From positions 850,066-914,065 of the forward strand of contig CAZFRF010000001.1 of the NCBI GenBank assembly GCA_964521295.1: a stretch of 64,000 nucleotides of DNA, given 5' to 3'. Origin of the DNA: an uncultured Gammaproteobacteria bacterium. Its GTDB lineage: Bacteria; Patescibacteriota; Microgenomatia; Levybacterales; UBA12049. The notes beneath the pieces were generated by a model that saw only the letters and a list, made by a program, of their open reading frames with translations, did not search any database and was not told where the DNA came from. The position numbers and the translations under genes are program-made. Of the stretch, positions 18,030 to 27,465 are shown piece by piece. The stretch's first letter is position 1. Every line of letters starts with the position of its first letter.

Positions 18030-19478
18030 TTAGAAATTTGCAGTTGCTACGTAGGTAAAGGTTGTCGAGTAGATTCCAGCTGGTGCAGTAGGTGAGATTG
18101 TTGCTCCATACTCAACGCTAGTTATGCTTACCGCTGAAGGTACGCTAGTTGACGCTAGTAGGCCATGAAAACCACTTATGCCTAAATTCCAAGGATTAGC
18201 ATATTTGTTGCTTGCGCCTCCTCCAGAACCCCAGCCTGTTGGTATTGTTGGACTAGTTGTGCTTCCGGAGCCTATACAAGGATGAATGCCAAAAGCATTA
18301 GTACCAGGAGTTATCGCTGCTGGAGCAGGATTTGTGCCATTAGTTGAGTCGTTTCCAGCTAGCCCTAGTCCGTTATTACCAGTATTGGCATCGGGCAAGA
18401 AGATTCCACTGCCTGGGTTAATAAAATGGCCTGAGGAAGTGGCTGTTAGGGTATATCCATATGAGGCGTTGGTATCAATTTGAATGTTTTGAGCGGAAAC
18501 ATTTCTTTTTCCGCTAGTAAGGCTTCCTAAATTAACAAATGTGGCTGTTGAATCAAGTCCAGGTCCAGGATTAGTAGTATCACCACAGATACTAGCACCG
18601 TTTGCTATTCCCGAAATGGTCATTGTCATATATGGTTCAATAGTGCCTTGAATTTGTACAGATTCAATAATTCCAGCAATTGCAGTTGTCGTATCTTGAT
18701 CTACCCCAGAATTATCTTGAGTTTTAACCACAATTTTCCATTGATCTGCAGTACCTGAAATATTGCTACTCTTAATCGGGTTAATAAGCATAGGTTTAAA
18801 AGAAGTACAGACTCCGCTAGAATTTGTTAAGCAGCCAACCTCAACCGTAACTGTAGCTCCGGCGCTAATACCAGAACCGTTTAAGGTGCAATCCATTGTT
18901 GAGCCGCTAATATTCCAGCTTGAGCAGGTAGCGTTATCGGTTTGGATTTCTGAGGAAGAGATGTTATTAAAGGAAAAGCCTGTTGCAGAGGGTGAAGCAG
19001 AGTTGCTGCCTGAGCCTGGAAAAGTTAAAACAATATGGCCTCCGCCTACAACTGAAGCTGATGTTGTAAATTTGATAGTGTGAGTCGCAGTAATTGGGGT
19101 AATTAAAGTTTCACCAGCTGTATGTGCTGTTGTGGTGCTGCCAGTAAAAAAGACAATTCTTTGATTAGAAGATGGGGTATTGGCGGCTGACATCGAAGCA
19201 ACATTTAGTCTATCTGTAGGATTGCCTAGGTTATTTAAGAATCTGGCAGAATCTGATGATATCCATAATGCCGAATTATACCCACTAATTGGTAAGTCAG
19301 TAACAATTACTTGGCCAACCCCGGAAGATATTCCTGTGGCTACTGGAGCCGCTGCAGAGGGCCTAGAAGTAGATAATTGAACGGAAACGTTAGTAAGTGC
19401 AGCATTGGTTTTAGGAGCAAAAAATAAGCCTAAGGAAAGGAGAAGAATAATAACAGACAGTATTTTTTTTATACTCAT
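18030..19478 (-). CDS. Secreted Ser/Thr/Gly/Asn-rich surface protein with a C-terminal WxL-like (YxL/YxA variant) domain; paralog of 20613..22055
   Basis: Signal peptide MSIKKILSVIILLLSLGLFFAPKTNA. Shares long blocks with the 480-aa paralog (LSTSRPSAAAP...NVASMSAANTPS...). 'IQIDTNASYGYTLTATSSG' and the C-terminus '...PAGIYSTTFTYVATANF' resemble the two WxL-domain motifs, with Tyr or Phe in place of Trp. Confidence 0.55.
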   Translation of the reverse strand: MSIKKILSVIILLLSLGLFFAPKTNAALTNVSVQLSTSRPSAAAPVATGISSGVGQVIVTDLPISGYNSALWISSDSARFLNNLGNPTDRLNVASMSAANTPSSNQRIVFFTGSTTTAHTAGETLITPITATHTIKFTTSASVVGGGHIVLTFPGSGSNSASPSATGFSFNNISSSEIQTDNATCSSWNISGSTMDCTLNGSGISAGATVTVEVGCLTNSSGVCTSFKPMLINPIKSSNISGTADQWKIVVKTQDNSGVDQDTTTAIAGIIESVQIQGTIEPYMTMTISGIANGASICGDTTNPGPGLDSTATFVNLGSLTSGKRNVSAQNIQIDTNASYGYTLTATSSGHFINPGSGIFLPDANTGNNGLGLAGNDSTNGTNPAPAAITPGTNAFGIHPCIGSGSTTSPTIPTGWGSGGGASNKYANPWNLGISGFHGLLASTSVPSAVSITSVEYGATISPTAPAGIYSTTFTYVATANF

Positions 19479-19569
19479 GTAAATAAAATAAGTGCTACTA
19501 TTACTATCTGATTTTTAAAATCAATTGTCAAGGTTTTTTGGGCTTAATTTAGATTCAAAACTGAAGATT

Positions 19570-20559
19570 TTAAGCAGTTGTTGTATTTCCGCCCTCATCA
19601 TGACTTACCTGAGGCTGATTTACTTGATGATCAGGGTTTTTGCGCTGATTTTTTCTCTTTTTGTAATATTTTGCCCCTAGGATTACCGCTATTACGATAA
19701 GAATAATTATTATCGTAAGTCTCCAAGGGAAAACCCAGAATGTTAAAGAAGAAACGAGTGGGAGATTGCCATTTTGTCCATATGAGGCAGTTAGTTGAGC
19801 TTTATATGGTCCAAACATTAACATGCTACCAAATCTATTTGTAAAATCCCTGGTGGCTTCTGGGAAAATGTTGTGAGTTGGTAGATTTTGTGACTCATTA
19901 AAGAAAAGACCCGTTACTTTAACAGTTCCTTTTGGTGCGATATGCAGATCTCCTAAGTTTCTAATTTGCGTTAAGACGTCAACTGGTCCATATTCATGTA
20001 AAAAGTTAGTAAAGAATTTAAATACTGAAGCTGATTCTTTAACTGGTCCATTGATTGTGACATAAAAAAGGGAACCTATTTGAGTATTTACCACACCACC
20101 GGTTGCATTATCTACGCCTTCAACTCTTGGTTTGGTAACAATTGCTGCGTAGTGTCCACCTGGTTTAGCATAGGATGGGATTTGAACATAATAGTTTACA
20201 ACCTGAGTTTGACCTGGTTTTAGAGTAAATTGAGAAGGTGAGACTCCAATCCAGGCTGCAGCAGAATATTTATTACTTAAGGAGTTGGGAGGAAGTATTT
20301 GAGGTGTGCCTTGGGTATCTGAAACGATATAGTCTTGAACGCTGATATCAAAAGTTAATGGGGCATTGCTTTGGTTTACCACCTTAGTTGTGCCTTGTTT
20401 GTATCCTCCTGGATCAAGTTTTACGTCAATTGTAGGATTAACAACCGTAAATGTTCTTTGTAGCTCTTGAGCAGTAGCAACGCTAATTACGCTAAACACA
20501 AAAACTAACGTTGTAGCTATCAATAATCTTTTCTTTAATTGTAAATTGGGCAGTTTCAT
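19570..20559 (-). CDS. Signal-peptide protein with a C-terminal TM anchor and a basic tail (DUF916/CscA-like topology); paralog of 22135..23145
   Basis: N-terminal signal MKLPNLQLKKRLLIATTLVFVFSVISVATAQE. C-terminal 'LTIIIILIVIAVILGAKYYKKRKNQRK'. The 'TFTVVNPTIDVKLDPGG...VVNQSNAPLTFDISVQDY' block resembles DUF916-type surface proteins of WxL loci. Confidence 0.5.
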   Translation of the reverse strand: MKLPNLQLKKRLLIATTLVFVFSVISVATAQELQRTFTVVNPTIDVKLDPGGYKQGTTKVVNQSNAPLTFDISVQDYIVSDTQGTPQILPPNSLSNKYSAAAWIGVSPSQFTLKPGQTQVVNYYVQIPSYAKPGGHYAAIVTKPRVEGVDNATGGVVNTQIGSLFYVTINGPVKESASVFKFFTNFLHEYGPVDVLTQIRNLGDLHIAPKGTVKVTGLFFNESQNLPTHNIFPEATRDFTNRFGSMLMFGPYKAQLTASYGQNGNLPLVSSLTFWVFPWRLTIIIILIVIAVILGAKYYKKRKNQRKNPDHQVNQPQVSHDEGGNTTTA

Positions 20560-20612
20560 ATTTTTTAACTAATTTACATTATGAGCATTTTATTTTAAGG
20601 TTGTCAATTGCC

Positions 20613-22055
20613 TTAAAATCTTGCTGTTGCTACATATGTAAAGACTGTCGTATAAATACCTGCTGGCGTAGTTGCTGAGACTGCTGCTGCATATTCAATT
20701 GTGGTTATGCTGGCTGCAGAAGGAGCGCTTGTGCTTGATAAGAGAGCGTAATATCCATTGGTTTGATTATTCCAAGGATTAGCATAGTTATTGCTTCCTC
20801 CGCCTCCAGAGCCCCAGCCAGTTGGTATGGTTGGCGCAGGAGAACCGCTAGTTGCACAAGGGTGTATACCAAAGTCTGAAACACCTGCTGTAATTGCGGC
20901 TGGTGAAGGAGTAGTACCGTTAGTTGCGTTATTAGCAGTTAAACCATTGCCTCCGTTTGCGTCAGCCAGATAAAAACCAGTTGATGGGTTAACAAATCTA
21001 CCAGCTGAGGTTGCTGTTAGGGTATATCCAAAAGAACCATTGGTATCAATTTGAATTGTTTGAGCTGATCTGTTAATTTGTCCGCTGGAAAGTGAACCTA
21101 GGTTAACAAAGGTTGCTGTTGAATCAAGACCTGCGCCAGGATTAGTTGTGTCTCCGCAGGCACTTGCTCCATTAGTTACTCCAGCAATGGTCATGGTCAT
21201 ATATGGCTCAACTGTTCCTTGGACCTGTACAGATTCTATTATTCCCGCTACAACGGTTGCGCTGTCTAAATCAACTGAGCTAGCGTCTTGAGTTTTGATG
21301 CCAATTTTCCATTGATCAGCGCTTCCTACTGCCTGGGTTGTTTTCACCGGATTAATAAGTCTAGGGTTAAAGACTGTGCAAACTCCAGATGATTGAGTCG
21401 TACAACCAACTAAAAGCGTAACAGTAGTGTTGGCTGCTACTCCTGAAGCATTTAAATTACAGGTAATAGAGTTTGCGCCGATTGTGTATGAAGAGCAGGT
21501 TGCATTATTAGCTTGAATTTGTCCTGAGGCAAGGTTGTTAAATGAAAAGCCAGTTGCTGAGGGAGATGCAATGTTGCTTCCAGCCCCAGGGAAGGTAATT
21601 ACAATTTTTCCGCTTCCAGGTATTGCAGTAACAGTTGTAAATTTAATAGTATGTGTTGCTGTGATTGGAGTAATTACAGTTTCTCCGGAAAAATGTTGGG
21701 CTGCAGTGTTAGCAGTAAAAAAGAGAGTTCTTTGGTTTGCAGATGGGGTATTAGCGGCTGACATAGAGGCAACGTTAATAGATTCACTTGGTGTGCCATT
21801 GTTTCTTAAGAAAGTTGCACTATCTGATGCAAGCCAGAGAGCTGAATTATATGCGCTTCCTGCTAGATCAATAACCGTTACTTGTCCTACGCCTGAAGCA
21901 AAACCTGCTGTTAATGGTGCTGCAGCAGAGGGTCTGGAGGTGCTTAGCTGATCAGAGGCATTCGAGAGGGAAGCTGCTTGAGTTTTAGATGTAAATACCA
22001 ATCCCGATAACAGGATTAATAATACTATAATATTTAGCCTCAATAAGTATTTCAT
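20613..22055 (-). CDS. Secreted surface protein with a WxL-like C-terminal domain; paralog of 18030..19478
   Basis: Signal peptide MKYLLRLNIIVLLILLSGLVFTSKTQA. 'IQIDTNGSFGYTLTATSAG'. C-terminus '...PAGIYTTVFTYVATARF'. Co-linear with the 482-aa paralog. Confidence 0.55.
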   Translation of the reverse strand: MKYLLRLNIIVLLILLSGLVFTSKTQAASLSNASDQLSTSRPSAAAPLTAGFASGVGQVTVIDLAGSAYNSALWLASDSATFLRNNGTPSESINVASMSAANTPSANQRTLFFTANTAAQHFSGETVITPITATHTIKFTTVTAIPGSGKIVITFPGAGSNIASPSATGFSFNNLASGQIQANNATCSSYTIGANSITCNLNASGVAANTTVTLLVGCTTQSSGVCTVFNPRLINPVKTTQAVGSADQWKIGIKTQDASSVDLDSATVVAGIIESVQVQGTVEPYMTMTIAGVTNGASACGDTTNPGAGLDSTATFVNLGSLSSGQINRSAQTIQIDTNGSFGYTLTATSAGRFVNPSTGFYLADANGGNGLTANNATNGTTPSPAAITAGVSDFGIHPCATSGSPAPTIPTGWGSGGGGSNNYANPWNNQTNGYYALLSSTSAPSAASITTIEYAAAVSATTPAGIYTTVFTYVATARF

Positions 22056-22134
22056 TTAAATAAATGCTACTATTAATATGTATGGTTTTTGCGTATAAGT
22101 CAAGTGGTAATCTGAGGGATAAGTATACCTTGGT

Positions 22135-23145
22135 TTAGTTAGTATATTTTTTAACTCTTAAGAGTATAAAGACGAGTATAATTATTAATAAAACTATACC
22201 TATTAAGTAGTTGATGGGGAAGGCAAAGAAGGTTATAGTTTTGGAAAGTGTTTGTGATTTATCATCAAGATTAATAGTAAGTGTGGCTGTGTATGGTCCA
22301 AGTAAAAATTTTTCAGGCCAGATAGCTACGGGAATATTTTCTTCCTCTAGTAATGCATTAGCTGCTGCGTATTCCTTTGAATCTGGGTTTTGTTGTTTTA
22401 AATCAGGAATAAGTCTTTCTGAGTTAGAAAGGATATTAACTGGTAGTAAGTCAATTCTGCCAATTGTTTGATTAAACATGTTTTTAATAACTATCTTTCC
22501 TTGTGGAGTAATAAAATGGTCACTTTTATTAACTACGTTAACGGTAAAGGGTACTGGGCCACTATCTTTAAAAAATGCAGTCTCAAATTCCTTAATGTAT
22601 CCATTTGTTGCGCCTTTTGGTCCGACAGTAAGTAAGACATTCATTGCAATTGCTGCTGTAGCTAAAGAAGAATTAGCTAGGTTGGTGTTGTTATTTTTTG
22701 ATACAAAAAGAATACTAAAGTAATAGTCTCCTTTTTCTTCGTTCGCCGGAACCTGAAGGACAAGTTGTAGCTTTTTGCCTTGCTTAGGAGCTAGGGTAAT
22801 ACTTTTCACAGCTTCGCCCTCATCTAGGATTTTAATTCTATTCGCAAATAGAGGGTCTGGAAAAGCGGAAAAAGTATCTTGAATTTGTAGTTGACCGTCT
22901 TTACTTTGAGCCGGAGCAAAGGGCTTAATAACTATATTTAAATCTACACTCGAATCAGTATTGTTTTCCAAGAAGATATCGCCTTTAGGCTCAGCAGGAG
23001 GTGTGGAGTCGATCTGCATAATTGGAGGATATATGCCTAAAGACACTTCTTGGGCCATGATGTTTTTTACAAGACCAATATTTGAAGCTAAAATTAGCAG
23101 TATTAATATCCAAGTGCTAAGTATAATTATTTTTTTTAGTATCAT
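22135..23145 (-). CDS. Signal-peptide protein with a C-terminal TM anchor (DUF916/CscA-like topology); paralog of 19570..20559
   Basis: N-terminal hydrophobic signal. C-terminal 'LIGIVLLIIILVFILLRVKKYTN'. Same size class and layout as the 329-aa protein. Confidence 0.5.
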   Translation of the reverse strand: MILKKIIILSTWILILLILASNIGLVKNIMAQEVSLGIYPPIMQIDSTPPAEPKGDIFLENNTDSSVDLNIVIKPFAPAQSKDGQLQIQDTFSAFPDPLFANRIKILDEGEAVKSITLAPKQGKKLQLVLQVPANEEKGDYYFSILFVSKNNNTNLANSSLATAAIAMNVLLTVGPKGATNGYIKEFETAFFKDSGPVPFTVNVVNKSDHFITPQGKIVIKNMFNQTIGRIDLLPVNILSNSERLIPDLKQQNPDSKEYAAANALLEEENIPVAIWPEKFLLGPYTATLTINLDDKSQTLSKTITFFAFPINYLIGIVLLIIILVFILLRVKKYTN

Positions 23146-23150
23146 ATTTT

Positions 23151-23900
23151 TTAAAATGTCGGAAACGCGATATAGTTTACTACATTTGTATATAGTCCGG
23201 CGGGTTGGGTTCCTGGAATATTTACCTTATATGTTATCTGAGTTTGTCTATTTTTGCCAACATTTGGACTACTCATAACCAGAACTGCAGAAGGAGAAGC
23301 AGCGAATTGCTTATAAAAAGTTGCGGTTGAGAAGCCAGAGGCACAATCAGTTCCGCTTAAGTTGTCGCATCTATAGCCAAACCCGTATGCAAGTGAGCTT
23401 GTCCAGGCAGCGGCTGTGGTTGTTGTGCAGCTGCCTGCATCGCAGGTAGTTGGTTGGATTTCTGCTCCAGTTGCGTTCACTCTTAGGTTGCGGTTGTTGT
23501 TTACATAGACTCCATAGCCATGACCTGATTCAAAAGATACGGTTAGAGTATTGGTTCTGGTTGTAGGGCTAGTGGGAACGATTACGCCAAAGTTAATAAA
23601 GGTGCTAGAGATAGTAAAAGTAAAGGGAGTAAGGGGGTGAATATATTGAAAACCTGCTTTTACTTTATAATTAGTGCCTGTGAAAAGAAATTGACCGGAT
23701 TCACCGCTAGTTATTGATAATTTATAATTACTTCCGGTTGGTTTACCCGCGAAAGAGTTAAGATTACCCATCTGGATTATATAAGAAGAATTAGACATTG
23801 TTTGAGCAAGGGATTTTGATACAGAAAGTACTAGAAATGTAATAGACAGATATATTATTAGGGTTGCAAATAGGAAGTTTTGCAGCGAATTATTTTTCAT
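23151..23900 (-). CDS. Small secreted protein consisting essentially of one WxL-like domain; it corresponds to the C-terminal half of the ~480-aa paralogs
   Basis: Signal peptide. 'FTFTISSTFINFG...LTVSFESGHGYGVYV' aligns with 'YMTMTISGIANGAS...IQIDTNASYGYTLTA' of the larger proteins. C-terminus '...QPAGLYTNVVNYIAFPTF'. Confidence 0.5.
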   Translation of the reverse strand: MKNNSLQNFLFATLIIYLSITFLVLSVSKSLAQTMSNSSYIIQMGNLNSFAGKPTGSNYKLSITSGESGQFLFTGTNYKVKAGFQYIHPLTPFTFTISSTFINFGVIVPTSPTTRTNTLTVSFESGHGYGVYVNNNRNLRVNATGAEIQPTTCDAGSCTTTTAAAWTSSLAYGFGYRCDNLSGTDCASGFSTATFYKQFAASPSAVLVMSSPNVGKNRQTQITYKVNIPGTQPAGLYTNVVNYIAFPTF

Positions 23901-23902
23901 AT

Positions 23903-24538
23903 TTAACTTTTAATTTCAGAGCGAAGATCATCTGCTTCTTCAAGTATCTCATTTAGCTTTTCCATATCTTTATCCTTAAGATTTCCATGTTCGTTATCTA
24001 AGATTTCTTCTACATCTTCTGCGATTGTGTCTGCAGCTTCCTTTTCACGTTCTTTTAACTGTAACATTTCTTCGTTTTGAAGGTCATTTTTTTGATATTC
24101 CTTGCCAAAAAAGTAGGCAAGGGGAGAAAGTAGGGCAACTGAGCCTAGTTTTAGGGAATTCATGGCTAAATCTGACTTTAAAATATCTGGCACAAAGATC
24201 AGTAGAGTGCCAATTATGAATACAAATACTAATGTTGGTTCAAAAACAAAGGCTATACCGAAGGCTAGAAAGTAGAGAATGAAAAAAAGTGGACTATTTA
24301 ACCCACCAGTTGTAAAGATTAGGAGAAAAATAAGGCTATTTAACAAAAATATTCCCATTGGACTTTCTCCACCCATGGTTAAAAAGCCTCTTCCTTTTTT
24401 TCTGGCTGAAATAATCAGGTACAAAGCTATAAAAAGTCCAAGCATTTGAACTGTGAAATCTTTAAGTGGACTATTTTGCCAAATAAAGATAACTGCAAAA
24501 GAGGCAATCAGAGTTAAAAATTGGGTCAGGCTCTTCAT
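23903..24538 (-). CDS. Polytopic membrane protein with a C-terminal acidic coiled-coil tail; first gene of the surface-protein operon
   Basis: About four hydrophobic helices, then 'LQNEEMLQLKEREKEAADTIAEDVEEILDNEHGNLKDKDMEKLNEILEEADDLRSEIKS'. Separated by 2 bp from the next gene. Confidence 0.5.
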   Translation of the reverse strand: MKSLTQFLTLIASFAVIFIWQNSPLKDFTVQMLGLFIALYLIISARKKGRGFLTMGGESPMGIFLLNSLIFLLIFTTGGLNSPLFFILYFLAFGIAFVFEPTLVFVFIIGTLLIFVPDILKSDLAMNSLKLGSVALLSPLAYFFGKEYQKNDLQNEEMLQLKEREKEAADTIAEDVEEILDNEHGNLKDKDMEKLNEILEEADDLRSEIKS

Positions 24539-24592
24539 AACTATATGGTAAGTAATTTAAATTAAAACTGCAAGTATGCTATACTTTAGGCT

Positions 24593-26851
24593 ATGAAATT
24601 AGGTAAATATTTTCCTGATAAAATCGAGTCTAAGTGGCAAAAAGAGTGGCAAAAAGCTGGTATTTTTAAGTTTAAAGAAGATGCCAAATCAAAGGGCAAA
24701 TATTACAATCTAGTTGAGTTACCATATCCCTCAGGCGATCTTCATTTGGGACATTGGTTTGCATTTGTTCCTGCAGATGCGCACGCAAGATATAAAAAGA
24801 TGTCAGGTTTTAATGTTTTATTTCCTAATGGTTTTGATGCATTTGGTCTTCCAGCCGAAAACGCAGCTATAAAACGAAATATTCATCCTCAGGATTGGAC
24901 GATGAAAAATATTGAGACCATGCGTGATCAATTTGCGACAATGGGAACTATGATTGATTGGACACATACCGCAATTACTTGTCTTCCTGAGTATTATCGT
25001 TGGAATCAATGGATGTTTCTAAAAATGTTTGAAAAAGGTATTGCCTATAAAGGAAAAGCACTATCAAACTGGTGCCCAACAGATCAAACAGTACTTGCTA
25101 ATGAGCATATTGAAAATGGAAAGTGCTGGAGATGTGGTACAGAGGTTATCCAAAAAGAAGTAGAGCAGTGGTTTTTAGCAATTACTAAATACGCCGATTC
25201 TTTAATCTGGCCAGAAAATCCTAAAGAGGATTGGCCAAAAATGGTTAGAGATGGACAAAACAATTGGATAGGAAGATCAGAGGGGATGCTCATTGATTTT
25301 GGTGGTATTGAAGTTTTCACAACCAGACCCGATACGATTGATGGTGCAACATTTTTAGTCGTAGCTCCTGAACATTCCTTTGCAAGTTCAATTGATTTGC
25401 CTGAAGTTAAGGAATATATAGAAGTGGCTAAGAAGAAAACTGAGATGGAAAGAAAGGAAGAAAAGGTGAAGTCAGGGGTGTTTACTGGACGCTCTGTGAA
25501 AAATCCCTACACAGGTAAAGATATTCCGGTTTGGATCTCAGATTATGTTTTAGCAGGTTATGGTACAGGAGCAATTATGGCAGTTCCATTCGCTGATGAG
25601 AGAGATAAGGAGTTTGCTACTAAGTTTAATCTTCCAATTATTCCTACAGATTATAAATCAAAGCCAGAAGGTAAGAAAATGGTTAATTATCATCTAAGAG
25701 ATTGGTCAGTTTCAAGGCAAAGATATTGGGGAACTCCTGTGCCAATTATTCATTGTGAAAAATGTGGTTTAGTTCCAGTGCCTTTAGAGGACTTGCCAGT
25801 AGAGCTACCATATAATGTAGATTATGCGCCTAAGGGTAAGCCACCTTTGGCAACAGATGAAAAATGGTTAGCGGTTAAATGTCCAAATTGCCAAGGCGAG
25901 GCGAAAAGAGAAGCAGAAACTTTAGATACTTTTTTTGATAGCGCCTGGTATTACTATAGATATGTAACTCCAAAGTTTGACAAAGCTCCTTTTGATTCTG
26001 ATTTGGTAAATAAAATTATGCCAGTCGATGTATATTTTGGGGGATCCGAGCATACATTGGGTCATACTTTATATGCAAGATTTTTCACAAAATTTTTTAA
26101 AGATCTAGGTCTTGTTGATTTTTCAGAGTTTGCTAAAAAAAGAGCACAACATGGGGTGATCCTAGGACCTGATGGTAACAGGATGAGTAAGAGTAAAGGA
26201 AATGTCGTTAATCCTGATGACGTTGTTTCTGAGTTTGGAGCAGACACGGTCAGGCTTTATCTCTGTTTTATGATGCCATATGAGGCAACTGCTCCTTGGA
26301 ATAAAGAAGCGATTTCGGGAATTTATAGATTTATTAAAAGAGTTTGGGAGTTAGCAGAGGTTGTGGAAGAAGGGGAATTAACTAGAGAAGATAAATTTCA
26401 AATGAATAAAGCCATAAAAAAAGTAGGCGATGATCTAGAGATGTTACAGTTTAATACAGCAGTATCTAGTTTAATGATCTGGTTGAATTACTTAGCCGCC
26501 AAAGACAAGGTCTATAAGGAGGAATATCTTAATTTATTAAAGCTACTCTCTCCATTTGCACCTCATGTAGCAGAGGAGATTTGGCATTTAATTAATCCAT
26601 CTGCTAGCTTTATTCATTTAGAGAATTGGCCGTCATATCAATCTGAATACTTAATTGCAGATTCAGTGAAAATTGTAGTTCAGATCAACGGAAAGGTTAG
26701 GGACTTAGTTGAAGTAGAGAGTTCTAAATTAAAGGATCAGGGATATGTAGAAAATTTAGCTAAAGAGGCTAATAATGTGAAAACATATTTAAATAGCCCT
26801 GTGAAAAAAGTGATTTACGTTGAAGGTAAAATAATAAATTTTGTTGTGTAA
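24593..26851 (+). CDS. leuS: Leucyl-tRNA synthetase (short form, 752 aa)
   Basis: Class I HIGH motif 'PYPSGDLHLGHWFAF'. KMSKS motif 'RMSKSKGN'. LeuS-typical N-terminus '...IESKWQKEW'. Confidence 0.95.
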   Translation: MKLGKYFPDKIESKWQKEWQKAGIFKFKEDAKSKGKYYNLVELPYPSGDLHLGHWFAFVPADAHARYKKMSGFNVLFPNGFDAFGLPAENAAIKRNIHPQDWTMKNIETMRDQFATMGTMIDWTHTAITCLPEYYRWNQWMFLKMFEKGIAYKGKALSNWCPTDQTVLANEHIENGKCWRCGTEVIQKEVEQWFLAITKYADSLIWPENPKEDWPKMVRDGQNNWIGRSEGMLIDFGGIEVFTTRPDTIDGATFLVVAPEHSFASSIDLPEVKEYIEVAKKKTEMERKEEKVKSGVFTGRSVKNPYTGKDIPVWISDYVLAGYGTGAIMAVPFADERDKEFATKFNLPIIPTDYKSKPEGKKMVNYHLRDWSVSRQRYWGTPVPIIHCEKCGLVPVPLEDLPVELPYNVDYAPKGKPPLATDEKWLAVKCPNCQGEAKREAETLDTFFDSAWYYYRYVTPKFDKAPFDSDLVNKIMPVDVYFGGSEHTLGHTLYARFFTKFFKDLGLVDFSEFAKKRAQHGVILGPDGNRMSKSKGNVVNPDDVVSEFGADTVRLYLCFMMPYEATAPWNKEAISGIYRFIKRVWELAEVVEEGELTREDKFQMNKAIKKVGDDLEMLQFNTAVSSLMIWLNYLAAKDKVYKEEYLNLLKLLSPFAPHVAEEIWHLINPSASFIHLENWPSYQSEYLIADSVKIVVQINGKVRDLVEVESSKLKDQGYVENLAKEANNVKTYLNSPVKKVIYVEGKIINFVV

Positions 26852-27465
26852 TGGATAATTTCTCTGGTTTTGTCCTCGAGCTTTGCAAAAAGCACTGGCT
26901 TCCTTTGTCCCTCGGAGTATTAGGTTTGATATTCTTAATATATGGTTTGATAGGGTTATTTAATGCAAGTTCTCGATCTGATCAGATTAAGTTTGAGACT
27001 AATTCAGTAAATGATTCAAGTTTATCTGAAAAGTTAGTTTATGTGGACATAGAAGGCGAGGTCGTAAAGCCAGGTGTATATAAGTTAAAGCAAGACTCAA
27101 TTGTTCAAGATGTTTTTGTTGCTTCTGGTGGATTAACAGCTAGTGCAGATAGGGAGTGGGTAGCAAAAAATGTTAACTTAGCGCTTAAGGTTTCTGACGG
27201 ACAGAAAATATATATACCTAAAGTTGGTGAAGATGGTAAGACTATGTCGACTAGTGTCTTGTCTGGTTCGACAGCTAATTCTGGTCTTATAAATATTAAC
27301 ACTGCTTCGGAAAAAGAATTAGATAGTTTACCCGGAATAGGTCTGGTAACTGCAGCAAAGATTATTAATTTGAGACCATATGCCGCCATAGAGGATTTAG
27401 AAATAAATAAAATAGTTAGTTCTAAAGTGTATTTACAGATAAAAGATAAAATTGCCGTTTGGTAA
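26851..27465 (+). CDS. comEA: ComEA-like DNA receptor (TM anchor, SLBB domain, helix-hairpin-helix)
   Basis: C-terminal HhH 'NINTASEKELDSLPGIGLVTAAKIINLRP'. SLBB-like 'VYVDIEGEVVKPGVYKL...VSDGQKIYIP'. Its start overlaps the leuS stop (taATG). Confidence 0.85.
   Translation: MDNFSGFVLELCKKHWLPLSLGVLGLIFLIYGLIGLFNASSRSDQIKFETNSVNDSSLSEKLVYVDIEGEVVKPGVYKLKQDSIVQDVFVASGGLTASADREWVAKNVNLALKVSDGQKIYIPKVGEDGKTMSTSVLSGSTANSGLININTASEKELDSLPGIGLVTAAKIINLRPYAAIEDLEINKIVSSKVYLQIKDKIAVW

Noticed and set aside
22211-23278. Plus-strand ORFs 22211-22471, 22478-22723, 22961-23278, and similar ones at 18286-19380 and 20791-21951.
   Set aside because: They are antisense to the paralogous surface-protein genes, have no start context, and their translations are low-complexity.
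18030-23900. The C-terminal 'AGxYTxxxxYxAxxF' strand resembles the donor strand of chaperone-usher pilins / SCPU (spore coat protein U) domains.
   Set aside because: No usher or periplasmic chaperone genes are present, and the locus architecture (C-terminally anchored partner proteins, nearby sortase, Gram-positive-type envelope genes) fits WxL/csc loci better. This is kept as an alternative to test.
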